NCBI GenBank assembly: GCA_963781885.1
Contig: CAWAHW010000002.1
Location: 160,001-224,000, forward strand
Reading direction: 5' to 3'
From: an uncultured Spirochaetota bacterium
Lineage (GTDB): Bacteria; Spirochaetota; Spirochaetia; SZUA-6; Fen-1364
Length of the DNA stretch: 64,000 nucleotides
This document shows positions 1 through 8,226 of this stretch, piece after piece (positions within the stretch are counted from its first letter, which is position 1; every line of letters starts with the position of its first letter). The position numbers were made by a program, and so were the translations under genes. The notes under the pieces were generated by a model that was not told the DNA's origin, did not search any database, and worked only from the letters and a program-made list of their open reading frames with translations.

Positions 1-1
1 C

Positions 2-175
2 TCAAAGGTCCCTCTCGGGAGGCTCTGCAGGATCGATGACGTGGTGGCATTCGTGAGGTTCCTGACGGTGGACGGGGACTACTGCACCGGCCAGGCTTTC
101 AATGTCAGCGGCGGACGGGAAATGCACGTAGGAACCACAGAGGAAGGGGGATGGAATGGCGGAGAACCAGTTTGA
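2..175 (+). CDS. C-terminal fragment of SDR oxidoreductase, sorbitol-6-phosphate dehydrogenase (SrlD)-like; truncated by window edge
   Basis: Manual frame-2 translation [42 protein letters not shown] resembles the SDR/SrlD C-terminus (KVPLxR...YCTGQxxNVxGG). In-frame stop at 173-175; a one-base error near 128 could hide an earlier TAG. Confidence 0.65.
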   Translation, partial: SKVPLGRLCRIDDVVAFVRFLTVDGDYCTGQAFNVSGGREMHVGTTEEGGWNGGEPV

Positions 176-449
176 TGCTCTGGGCATGATCGAGACGCGC
201 GGATTCGCGGCGATGGTGGAAGCGGCGGACGCGATGGTGAAGGCCGCGAAGGTCGATCTTGTGGGCTACGAGAAGATCGGCGGCGGGTACGTGACGGCGG
301 TCGTGCGCGGCGACGTTGCCGCCTGTCGCGCGGCGGTGGATGCCGGTGCGCGTGCGGCGGAGAAGGTGGGAGAGATCGTGAGCACGCACGTGATCCCGCG
401 GCCGCATGAAAGCGTGGACGCGGCGCTGCCGTTGGGCAGGAAGGGGTAG
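156..449 (+). CDS. BMC hexamer shell protein (BMC-H, PF00936)
   Basis: ALGMIETRG...[12 protein letters not shown]...[15 protein letters not shown]...HVIPRPH; GAGGAAGGGGG RBS upstream. Confidence 0.97.
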   Translation: MAENQFDALGMIETRGFAAMVEAADAMVKAAKVDLVGYEKIGGGYVTAVVRGDVAACRAAVDAGARAAEKVGEIVSTHVIPRPHESVDAALPLGRKG

Positions 450-452
450 GCC

Positions 453-1094
453 ATGGCGGTAGACCTCAGGACCTACGTATTCCTCGATTCGCTGCAGCTT
501 CAGAACGCATCGTTCATCGCCACCGTGTCCAAGGGGTATTACCCCATCGGCATGCAGGCCTGCTGCGTCATCGAGATCGCCCCGGGCATCGAGATCAACA
601 GGCTCACCGATATCGCGCTGAAGGCCACGAACGTGACCCCCGGCCTCCAGATCGTCGAACGAGCCTACGGACTTCTGGAGGTCCACTCGGACAGCCAGGG
701 CGATGCGCGCATGGCCGGCGAGGCGGTGCTGCGCGAGCTGAAAAAGACCGAGCAGGATCGGCTGAAGCCGCGGGTGATGACCAGCCAGCTCATCAAGAAC
801 ATCTCCGACCATCACGCGCAGCTCATCAACAAGGTGCGTCACGGCAACATGGTGCTGCGCGGCGACACGCTGTACGTGCTGGAGGTGGAGCCCGCGGGCT
901 ACGCCTACTACGCGGCCAACGAGGCGGAGAAGACCTCGAAGGTGAACATCATCGAGGTGCTGGGCTTCGGGGCATTCGGCCGGGTGTACATCGCCGGGGA
1001 CGAGGCGGAGGTCATCGAGGCGCGCAAGGTGGTGGAGTCGCGTTTGGGCGGATTGAGCGGCCGCGAGATCGCGGCAAATACCCAGAGGATATAA
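453..1094 (+). CDS. BMC tandem-domain permuted trimer shell protein (BMC-Tdp; CcmP/CsoS1D/Haliangium-type)
   Basis: [64 protein letters not shown] motifs; 213 aa. Confidence 0.93.
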   Translation: MAVDLRTYVFLDSLQLQNASFIATVSKGYYPIGMQACCVIEIAPGIEINRLTDIALKATNVTPGLQIVERAYGLLEVHSDSQGDARMAGEAVLRELKKTEQDRLKPRVMTSQLIKNISDHHAQLINKVRHGNMVLRGDTLYVLEVEPAGYAYYAANEAEKTSKVNIIEVLGFGAFGRVYIAGDEAEVIEARKVVESRLGGLSGREIAANTQRI

Positions 1095-1144
1095 GAGCCC
1101 AGGTTTGGGCGGGCATTCGAGCCGTGGATAAGGGGAAGGAAACT

Positions 1145-1465
1145 ATGGCGGAGAACCAGTTTGACGCTTTGGGCATGATCGAGACGCGCGGATTCGCGGC
1201 GATGGTGGAAGCGGCGGACGCGATGGTGAAGGCCGCGAAGGTCGATCTTGTGGGCTACGAGAAGATCGGCGGCGGGTACGTGACGGCGGTCGTGCGCGGC
1301 GACGTTGCCGCCTGTCGCGCGGCGGTGGATGCCGGTGCGCGTGCGGCGGAGAAGGTGGGAGAGATCGTGAGCACGCACGTGATCCCGCGGCCGCATGAAA
1401 GCGTGGACGCGGCGCTGCCCCTCGGGCGGCAGCCCAGCGGCCCGAAACCGGCGGCGAAGAAGTAG
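1145..1465 (+). CDS. BMC hexamer shell protein (BMC-H), second copy with basic C-terminal extension
   Basis: Same protein as 156-449 up to LPLGR, then [11 protein letters not shown]; GGAAGGA RBS before ATG 1145. Confidence 0.96.
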   Translation: MAENQFDALGMIETRGFAAMVEAADAMVKAAKVDLVGYEKIGGGYVTAVVRGDVAACRAAVDAGARAAEKVGEIVSTHVIPRPHESVDAALPLGRQPSGPKPAAKK

Positions 1466-1503
1466 CGGCGCGCGGGCGACGTGCCCGCGGAAGGGATGCG
1501 GTC

Positions 1504-1824
1504 ATGGTACTGGCGCGGGTGAAAGGCACGGTGGTGAGCACGCACAAGCCTTCCTCCATGGAAGGGCTGCGGCTGCTCCTGCTGGAGAAGGTGGACGCGG
1601 TGACCCTCAAGGGAAAGGGCGACTTCGTCGTCGGCATCGACAGCGTGGGCGCGAATGCCGGGGAGATCGTGTTCTACGTCACGGGATCCAGCGCGCGCAT
1701 GACGGACGCCACGAAGGGCAAGCCGTCGGATGCCACGATCATCGCGATCGTGGATGCCATCGAGAAGGACGGCGCGCTCACCTACGACAAGGCACGCGGG
1801 GACGCCGCGGCAGGCCCGGCATGA
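1504..1824 (+). CDS. BMC pentamer (vertex) protein, EutN/CcmL family
   Basis: MVLARVKGTVVSTHK...DSVGANAGEIV...GSSAR...DATIIAIVD. Confidence 0.95.
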   Translation: MVLARVKGTVVSTHKPSSMEGLRLLLLEKVDAVTLKGKGDFVVGIDSVGANAGEIVFYVTGSSARMTDATKGKPSDATIIAIVDAIEKDGALTYDKARGDAAAGPA

Positions 1825-2114
1825 ACCTTGCGCGGGTGCGGGGCACGGTGGTTGCCAGCGTTCGATCGGACAAGGTGGAAGGGGCGAAGTGGCTCCTCAT
1901 CGAGGACTGCGACCAGTCGGGCAAGGGACGCGGCGAGTACCTCGTGGCGCTCGACATGGTGGGCGCCAACCGGGGCGAGCTCGTGCTCGTCACCCAGGGA
2001 AGCTCCTGCCGTTGGACGTACCGCACGGAGGACCGGCCGATGGACACCCTTGTCGTCGCGATCGTGGATGCCATCGACCAGCGCGGGGCCGTGGTCTATG
2101 CCGCGGCTCACTGA
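1821..2114 (+). CDS. BMC pentamer protein, EutN/CcmL family
   Basis: MNLARVRGTVVAS...ALDMVGANRGELVLVTQGSS...DTLVVAIVD; ATGA overlap with previous gene. Confidence 0.93.
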   Translation: MNLARVRGTVVASVRSDKVEGAKWLLIEDCDQSGKGRGEYLVALDMVGANRGELVLVTQGSSCRWTYRTEDRPMDTLVVAIVDAIDQRGAVVYAAAH

Positions 2115-2124
2115 GGGATGACGC

Positions 2125-3573
2125 ATGGCAAACCCGGCTGACGAGATTCGACAGATCGTCGCGGAGGTCCTGAAGAGCGCCGACGTCGCGGCGATGCTCA
2201 ACGGGACGGGCGCGGCAGCGGGCGCGGCGCGCCCGGGCGTCGCCTTCGGCAATGGCGTGTTCGCCGACATCGACTCCGCGGTCGGTGCCGCCGCGGCGGC
2301 ACAGAGGGAGCTTGCGGAGCTGCCGCTGGACACCCGCCGCCGCATGATCGACGCGATGCGTCACGCGGTCATTGCCGCCAACGATTCCTTCAGCGCCGAG
2401 GCCGTGGCGGAGACCGGCCTGGGCAACGTGCGGGACAAGAAGGTCAAGAACGAGCTCGCGGCGGCAAAGACCCCCGGCGTGGAGGACGTCGAGCCCTCCG
2501 CATACTCCGACGAGCACGGCCTCACCATCACGGAGCGCGCGCCGTATGGCGTGATCGGCGCGATCACGCCGGTGACCAATCCCACCGCCACGATCACGAG
2601 CAATTCCATCGGCATGATCTCCGCGGGCAATTCCGTTGTTTTCAACGTGCACCCGAACGCAAAGGGGGTCTCCAATCGGCTTGTTGCGCTTCTCAACGAT
2701 GCCATCGCGGGCGCGGGCGGGCCGCGCAACCTCCTCTGTGCCATTGCCGAGCCCACCATCGAAAGCGCGGGCGAGCTGATGAAGCATCGCGGTGTGGCGA
2801 TCCTCGTCGTCACCGGCGGCCCCGGCGTGGTGAAGGCGGCCATGGGCAGTGGCAAGAAGGCAATCTGCGCCGGTCCGGGCAACCCTCCCTGTGTCGTGGA
2901 CGCTACCGCCGACATGTCGAAGGCCGGTCGGGACATCGTGGCAGGGGCCAGCTTCGACAACAACGTGGTCTGCATCTGCGAGAAGGAAGTGCTCGCCGTG
3001 GATTCCATCGCGGACAGGCTGAAGCAGGAGATGAGGGCCAACGGCGCCTTCGAGCTCAACCCGAGCCAGCGTGACGCGGTGACCCGTCTGGTGATCCCCT
3101 CGCCCAAGGGGCCGCGCGTCGAGAGCGCGCCGAACAAGGACATGGTGGGAAAGGACGCGGCGTTCATCGCACGCGCGGCCGGCATCGAGGTTCCCCCCTC
3201 CACAAGGCTCCTCCTGATGGAGGTGGATCGTGATCACCCCCTGGTGTGGAGCGAGCAGCTCATGCCCGTGCTGCCCCTCGTGCGCATGCAGAGCGCCGAC
3301 GAGGCCATCGATTTTGCCGTGGCGGTGGAGCATGGGTTCCGGCATACGGCCATGATCCACTCCCACGACATCGAGAAGCTTTCCCGGATGGCGCGCCTCA
3401 TGAACTGCTCCCTGTTCGTGAAGAATGGTCCTTGCTACGCCGGTCTCGGCCAGGGCGGGGCAGGGTTCACCTCGTTCACCATCGCCAGCCCCACCGGCGA
3501 AGGGCTCACCCGTGCGCGCACGTTCACCCGTGAACGGCGCTGCACGCTGGTGGACTATTTCAGGATCGTGTAG
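2125..3573 (+). CDS. CoA-acylating aldehyde dehydrogenase (EutE/PduP family) with N-terminal encapsulation peptide
   Basis: PYGVIGAITPVTNP, TGGPGVV, GPGNPP, SFDNNVVCICEKE, EQLMPVLP, SFTIASPTGEG; N-terminal amphipathic DEIRQIVAEVLKS then Ala/Gly linker. Confidence 0.95.
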   Translation: MANPADEIRQIVAEVLKSADVAAMLNGTGAAAGAARPGVAFGNGVFADIDSAVGAAAAAQRELAELPLDTRRRMIDAMRHAVIAANDSFSAEAVAETGLGNVRDKKVKNELAAAKTPGVEDVEPSAYSDEHGLTITERAPYGVIGAITPVTNPTATITSNSIGMISAGNSVVFNVHPNAKGVSNRLVALLNDAIAGAGGPRNLLCAIAEPTIESAGELMKHRGVAILVVTGGPGVVKAAMGSGKKAICAGPGNPPCVVDATADMSKAGRDIVAGASFDNNVVCICEKEVLAVDSIADRLKQEMRANGAFELNPSQRDAVTRLVIPSPKGPRVESAPNKDMVGKDAAFIARAAGIEVPPSTRLLLMEVDRDHPLVWSEQLMPVLPLVRMQSADEAIDFAVAVEHGFRHTAMIHSHDIEKLSRMARLMNCSLFVKNGPCYAGLGQGGAGFTSFTIASPTGEGLTRARTFTRERRCTLVDYFRIV

Positions 3574-3575
3574 CC

Positions 3576-3860
3576 ATGAAGCTGGGACGCGTGATCGGCA
3601 GGGTGGTCTGCACGCAGAAGATGGAGTGTTTCGAGGGATTGAAGCTCCTCCTCGTGCAGCCGGTGGATGAGGACGGCAAAGACGCCGGCAGTCCCCTTGT
3701 GGCCTTCGACGTGGCACGGGCGGGGGAGGGGGACCTCGTGATGTTCGAAGCGGGAAAGGAAGCTGCGCAGGCGAACCCCAACGGCTGGTTCAATCCCGGC
3801 GACGCGGCGATCCTTGGGGTCGTGGATGAGGTATCGACAGGACCGCGGAGGGGCCGATGA
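3576..3860 (+). CDS. BMC pentamer protein, EutN/CcmL family
   Basis: MKLGRVIGRVVCTQK...KLLLVQP...AFDVARAGEGDLV...DAAILGVVD. Confidence 0.94.
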   Translation: MKLGRVIGRVVCTQKMECFEGLKLLLVQPVDEDGKDAGSPLVAFDVARAGEGDLVMFEAGKEAAQANPNGWFNPGDAAILGVVDEVSTGPRRGR

Positions 3861-4165
3861 CGCTTGCGAAGGTGACGGCGAATGTCGTTTCCACGGAGAA
3901 GCATGCCCACTACCGGGGTCGCAAGATCCTCGTGGTCCAGCCGGTGGGGCCCGATGGGACGCCGAAGGGGAAGAGCTTGCTCGCGGTGGACGGCGTGCAG
4001 GCGGGAATCGGCGACCTCGTGCTCGTTGTGGACGAGGGCGGCTCCGCGCGCGCGGTGATCGGCGATGAGACCGCGATGACCATCCGGACTGCGATCTGCG
4101 GGATCGTCGACCGCATTGATGTCGCGGAAGATCCCGCGACATCAATTGACATCGAGAACCGGTGA
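3857..4165 (+). CDS. BMC pentamer protein, EutN/CcmL family
   Basis: MTLAKVTANVVSTEK...KILVVQP...AVDGVQAGIGDLVLVVDEGGSAR...GIVD; ATGA overlap. Confidence 0.94.
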   Translation: MTLAKVTANVVSTEKHAHYRGRKILVVQPVGPDGTPKGKSLLAVDGVQAGIGDLVLVVDEGGSARAVIGDETAMTIRTAICGIVDRIDVAEDPATSIDIENR

Positions 4166-4172
4166 GGGAGAA

Positions 4173-4640
4173 GTGAGCGGCAAAGATAACGTGCGCAGCG
4201 TGGCCATCGGCTCCGACCACGGGGCATTCAGCCAGAAGGAAGCGCTGAAGACATACCTGCAGACTGCGGGCTACCGGGTCGTGGACGTCGGCTGCTTCGA
4301 CAAAGGTCCGGTTGACTACCCGGACATCGCCGTGGCGGTGTGCCGCCACGTGGTGAGCGGGGACTGCGAACGGGGGATCGTGCTGGACGGGGCCGGGATC
4401 GGCTCCTGCATCGCCGCGAACAAGATCAAGGGGATCCGCGCGGCTCTCTGCTACGACATCCGCACCGTCATCAACAGCCGGGAGCACAACAACGCCAACG
4501 TGCTCACCCTCGGCGGACCGCTGCACGACGCGGGGCAGCTCGCCGACATGGCGCGCACGTGGCTGGAGACCCGCTTCGGCGGCGGGCGGCACATCATCCG
4601 GGTGAACAAGATCATGGCAATCGAACGAGGAGGCGTGTGA
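4173..4640 (+). CDS. rpiB: RpiB/LacA/LacB family sugar-phosphate isomerase
   Basis: IGSDHG, VDYPD, GxGIG..IAANKIKGIRAA, SREHNNANVLTLG, FGGGRH..RV; GTG start after GAGGGAG. Confidence 0.92.
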   Translation: MSGKDNVRSVAIGSDHGAFSQKEALKTYLQTAGYRVVDVGCFDKGPVDYPDIAVAVCRHVVSGDCERGIVLDGAGIGSCIAANKIKGIRAALCYDIRTVINSREHNNANVLTLGGPLHDAGQLADMARTWLETRFGGGRHIIRVNKIMAIERGGV

Positions 4641-4645
4641 GACTC

Positions 4646-5437
4646 ATGGACCAGAACCAGTTGATCGAAAAGATCGTGAGCGAGGTCATGGCGCGGATGG
4701 CCGCCGCTCCTGCCGCGGGGAAACCGGCGGAATCGGGCGCCACCAGCGCGTCGGCCGTCCCCGCCCTGGGGTCGGCGGACATCGCGAAATACATCGACCA
4801 CACCATGCTGCGGCCCGAGGCTCCCACCGCCGCGTTCGACAAGCTCTGCCAGGAGGCGCTGCAGTATCACTTCTTTGCAGTCTGCGTGAACTCCTGTCGC
4901 GTTTCCTACGTGGCGCGCAAGCTCCAGGGCACGGGCATCAAGGTCGCCTCCGTGGTCGGTTTTCCCCTCGGTGCCATGACGAGCCGGTCCAAGGCCTTCG
5001 AGACGCGGGAGGCCATCGAGGACGGAGCCTCCGAGATCGATATGGTCATCAATATCGGCCTGCTGAAGTCGGGCGATCATCGCGGCGTGGAAGAGGATAT
5101 TCGCGCGGTGCGCCGTGCCACCCGGGGGAATACGATCCTGAAAGTGATCATTGAAACGGCCCTGCTTACCCAGGACGAGAAAGTCATGGCGTGCGAGCTT
5201 TCAAAGAAGGCTGGCGCCGACTTTGTGAAGACCTGTACCGGCTTCTCGGGCGGCGGCGCAAGCGTGGAGGACATTTCCCTGATGCGCCGCGTCGTGGGCA
5301 GCGAGATGGGGGTGAAGGCGAGCGGCGGCGTGCGCACGTACAAGAGCGCGCTCGCGTTCATCGGCGCGGGGGCAAGCAGGCTGGGCTGCGTGGCGAGCGT
5401 CGCCATCGTCACCGGTGCGGAGGGATCGGGGAGCTGA
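4646..5437 (+). CDS. deoC: Deoxyribose-phosphate aldolase-family protein with N-terminal encapsulation peptide
   Basis: IDHTMLRP, VVGFPLGA, GASEIDMVINIG, LKVIIETALL, FVKTCTGF, VKASGGVR; leader MDQNQLIEKIVSEVMARM plus Ala/Pro linker. Confidence 0.93.
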   Translation: MDQNQLIEKIVSEVMARMAAAPAAGKPAESGATSASAVPALGSADIAKYIDHTMLRPEAPTAAFDKLCQEALQYHFFAVCVNSCRVSYVARKLQGTGIKVASVVGFPLGAMTSRSKAFETREAIEDGASEIDMVINIGLLKSGDHRGVEEDIRAVRRATRGNTILKVIIETALLTQDEKVMACELSKKAGADFVKTCTGFSGGGASVEDISLMRRVVGSEMGVKASGGVRTYKSALAFIGAGASRLGCVASVAIVTGAEGSGS

Positions 5438-5455
5438 CTAGCCCCCGCAAACCCC

Positions 5456-6166
5456 ATGGCACTCCTGATCCCGTCGATTCTTTCCGCCGATTTCACGCGA
5501 CTCGGCGATGAGCTGCGCGCAGTGGAGGCGGCCGGCGCAGACTGGATCCACGTCGACGTCATGGACGGGCATTTCGTTCCGAACCTCACCATGGGCCCGC
5601 TGGTCGTGGAGGCCGTGCGCCGGGTGACGCGGATCCCCATCGATGCCCACCTCATGATCGAGAACCCTGATCGGTTCATCGAGCGATTCGCCGAGGCGGG
5701 GGCCACGCACATCAGCGTGCACGCGGAGACCGCCGTCCATCTGAACCGCTCACTCCAGCTCGTGCGGTCGTGCGGCGCGCATCCCGGGATCGCTTTGGGG
5801 CCCGCCGCGCCCCTGTCGCTTGTCGAGTGGTCGCTGGACTACGCGGATTACGTTCTGCTCCTCGCGGTGAATCCCGGTTTCGGCGGGCAGGATTTTCAGC
5901 CCTGCGTGCTGGAAAAGATCCGCGCCTTTTGCGCCGAGATCCGGCGCCGGGGACTCTCGACAACCATTCAATCCGATGGCGGCATCAACCTGGGAACCAT
6001 CGCGGATTTCGCGGCGGCCGGTGTGGATGCATTCGTGGTTGGATCGGCGTTGTTCGGAAGCGGCGATTACCGCGCCACCCTGGCCGCGATGCGGCAGAAG
6101 GTGGAGCGCGCGGCGGGGCAGACCCCCGCGGTTGCCAGCCGCGGCGGCGCGGGGATCGGTCGATGA
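5456..6166 (+). CDS. rpe: Ribulose-phosphate 3-epimerase
   Basis: PSILSADF, HVDVMDGHFVPNLTMG, DAHLMI, VNPGFGGQ, DGGIN, VVGSALF. Confidence 0.95.
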   Translation: MALLIPSILSADFTRLGDELRAVEAAGADWIHVDVMDGHFVPNLTMGPLVVEAVRRVTRIPIDAHLMIENPDRFIERFAEAGATHISVHAETAVHLNRSLQLVRSCGAHPGIALGPAAPLSLVEWSLDYADYVLLLAVNPGFGGQDFQPCVLEKIRAFCAEIRRRGLSTTIQSDGGINLGTIADFAAAGVDAFVVGSALFGSGDYRATLAAMRQKVERAAGQTPAVASRGGAGIGR

Positions 6167-7032
6167 TCGCGATTGCCAACGGGTTCTGGGGTGCCGCGAT
6201 CTCGGAGACGGGCGCCGAGATGAAGAGCCTCGCCAATCTCAAGACCGGTCAGGAGCACATCTGGCACGGCGATCCGACATGGTGGAACGGCTCAGCCCCG
6301 GTGCTTTTTCCCATCATCGGGGGGCTGAAAGACGGCGCGTACACATTCGAAGGGAAGCAGTACAAACTGCCGTCTCATGGGTTCGCGCGGGGCAGCGAGT
6401 TCATGGTGACCCGGGCCGGGTCGGACTTCGCGGAGCTCGTGCTCGCGTCCAACCCGAAGACACGGGAAAACTACCCCTTCGATTTCTCCCTGAAGGTGTC
6501 TTTCGGTCTAGAGCGCTCGGGCGTCGCCATTCGATATGAAGTCACCAACACGGGGTCGTCGCGCATGTTTTTCTCCATCGGGTCGCATCCCGCGTTCGTG
6601 GTTCCGTTTGCCGGGGGCGCGCTTGAAAACTACTACGTGCTCTTCGAGCGCGAGGAGAGCATCGAGCGCTGGTTCTTCAAGGACGGCATCATCCTGGCGG
6701 GCAAGACCGAGGAGGTGCTGGACAACAGCCGCACCCTCAACCTCACCCGATCGATGTTCGACGACGGCATCATGATCTTCAAGCACCCGGCCTCGCGCGA
6801 GTTCGCCATCGCCAACAGCCGCGGCGCGCACGCGGTCCGGGTGGTGACCGAGGGTGTGCCCTACCTGGGGATCTGGTCGAAGCCCGGAGGTGCGCCCTTT
6901 CTCTGCATCGAGCCGTGGCATGGCATCCCCGACATGAGCGACGCGACGGGAAACCTCGTGGAGAAGGAAGGCATCGTCGGGCTCGACCCCCGCGCGATCT
7001 TTTCGACCGGTTATCGCGTGGAGATCGAATAG
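6163..7032 (+). CDS. Aldose 1-epimerase family protein (LacX-like)
   Basis: GAEMKSL, WHGDP.WW..SAPVLFPIIG, HGFAR, FSIGSHPAF, FLCIEPWHG; ATGA overlap with rpe. Confidence 0.9.
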   Translation: MIAIANGFWGAAISETGAEMKSLANLKTGQEHIWHGDPTWWNGSAPVLFPIIGGLKDGAYTFEGKQYKLPSHGFARGSEFMVTRAGSDFAELVLASNPKTRENYPFDFSLKVSFGLERSGVAIRYEVTNTGSSRMFFSIGSHPAFVVPFAGGALENYYVLFEREESIERWFFKDGIILAGKTEEVLDNSRTLNLTRSMFDDGIMIFKHPASREFAIANSRGAHAVRVVTEGVPYLGIWSKPGGAPFLCIEPWHGIPDMSDATGNLVEKEGIVGLDPRAIFSTGYRVEIE

Positions 7033-7103
7033 CCTCACTCCCGCCGAAACCTCCGATTTGTTCGCGCGCGGGGTATTCCTTATATTAGGCGGGGGATCAA
7101 CAC

Positions 7104-8138
7104 ATGAGTGACTACCTGCCTTCCGCCAATCGCTACGCGTCAATGCTGTACAGAAGATGCGGGAAAAGCGGCCTGCGGCTGCCTGCTCTTTCCCTGGGAC
7201 TGTGGCATAACTTCGGTGGCGCGACGCCTCAGGAAAATGCCCGGCGGATGATCTTCCGTGCGTTCGACCTCGGCATCACGCATTTCGACCTGGCAAACAA
7301 TTACGGCCCTCCCCCGGGGTCCGCGGAGGAGAACTTCGGAAAGATCCTCGCCCAGGATCTTGCCGGTCACCGCGACCAAATGATCGTCTCCACGAAGGCC
7401 GGCTACCTCATGTGGCCGGGCCCGTACGGGGAATGGGGCTCGCGAAAATACATCCTGGCGAGCCTCGATCAAAGCTTGAAACGGATGGGGCTCGACTACG
7501 TCGATATCTTCTATTCCCACCGCCTGGACCCCGATACGCCGCTGGAGGAGACGCTCGGCGCGTTGCACAGCGCCGTGCAGCAGGGCAAGGCCTTGTACGT
7601 GGGCGTCTCTTCCTACTCCGCGGCCATGACGCGCAAGGCCTCGACGATTCTCCGGTCCCTCGGGACCCCGTGCCTCATCCACCAACCCTCGTATTCCATG
7701 CTGAACCGGTGGATCGAGAAGGGGCTGCTGGACGTCCTGGGCGAGGAAGGGATCGGCTGCATCGCCTTCTCGCCCCTGGCGCAGGGGATGCTTTCGGACA
7801 AATATCTTGCCGGCATTCCGGCCGGCACGAGGGCCGGGACGCAGGGCACGGCGCTGGACAAGAAGCTGTTGACGGAGGAGAACCTTCGACACATCAAGGC
7901 GCTGAATACAATCGCGAAGGCGCGCGGGCAGAGCCTCTCCCAGATGGCGCTCGCGTGGGTCCTGCGCGACACACGCGTCACCTCCGCACTGGTGGGAGCG
8001 AGCAGCCCGGCGCAGATCTCCGAGAGCGTCGCGGCCCTCTCGAACCTTCGTTTCACCACGGAGGAGATCGCGCGGATCGACAAGGACGCCGTGGAGGGCG
8101 GCATCAATCTTTGGGCGCAATCCAGCGACGCCGGCTGA
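7104..8138 (+). CDS. yghZ: Aldo/keto reductase, L-glyceraldehyde-3-phosphate/methylglyoxal reductase (YghZ/Gpr) type
   Basis: YRRCGKSGLRLPALSLGLWHNFG, THFDLANNYGPPPGSAEENFG, STKAGYLMWPGPYGEWGSRKY, HQPSYSMLNRW. Confidence 0.9.
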   Translation: MSDYLPSANRYASMLYRRCGKSGLRLPALSLGLWHNFGGATPQENARRMIFRAFDLGITHFDLANNYGPPPGSAEENFGKILAQDLAGHRDQMIVSTKAGYLMWPGPYGEWGSRKYILASLDQSLKRMGLDYVDIFYSHRLDPDTPLEETLGALHSAVQQGKALYVGVSSYSAAMTRKASTILRSLGTPCLIHQPSYSMLNRWIEKGLLDVLGEEGIGCIAFSPLAQGMLSDKYLAGIPAGTRAGTQGTALDKKLLTEENLRHIKALNTIAKARGQSLSQMALAWVLRDTRVTSALVGASSPAQISESVAALSNLRFTTEEIARIDKDAVEGGINLWAQSSDAG

Positions 8139-8226
8139 CGGTGACCGGCGAAGTGCGGTTTTTCCACCCGACGCATTGACGCGGCCCGTTGATCCGAATA
8201 ACCTTGCGCTCGAAGGAACCACGTTG

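Larger units (their letters stand above)
156..1419 (+). repeat. Direct repeat: two ~275-bp near-identical BMC-H coding copies (156-430 and 1145-1419)
   Basis: Copies differ only at two synonymous positions near the 5' end (GATGCTCTG vs GACGCTTTG), then match to GCGGCGCTGCC. Confidence 0.93.

Noticed and set aside
1990-3717. Long antisense ORFs (also 13206-14744, 18242-20062, 40779-43163, 50293-52539)
   Set aside because: Shadow frames of high-GC genes with no recognisable motifs, fully overlapping well-supported genes on the opposite strand.
156-5437. Carboxysome, Eut or Pdu assignment
   Set aside because: No RuBisCO, ethanolamine ammonia-lyase, diol dehydratase or glycyl-radical enzyme in view; the signature enzymes are DeoC and RpiB.
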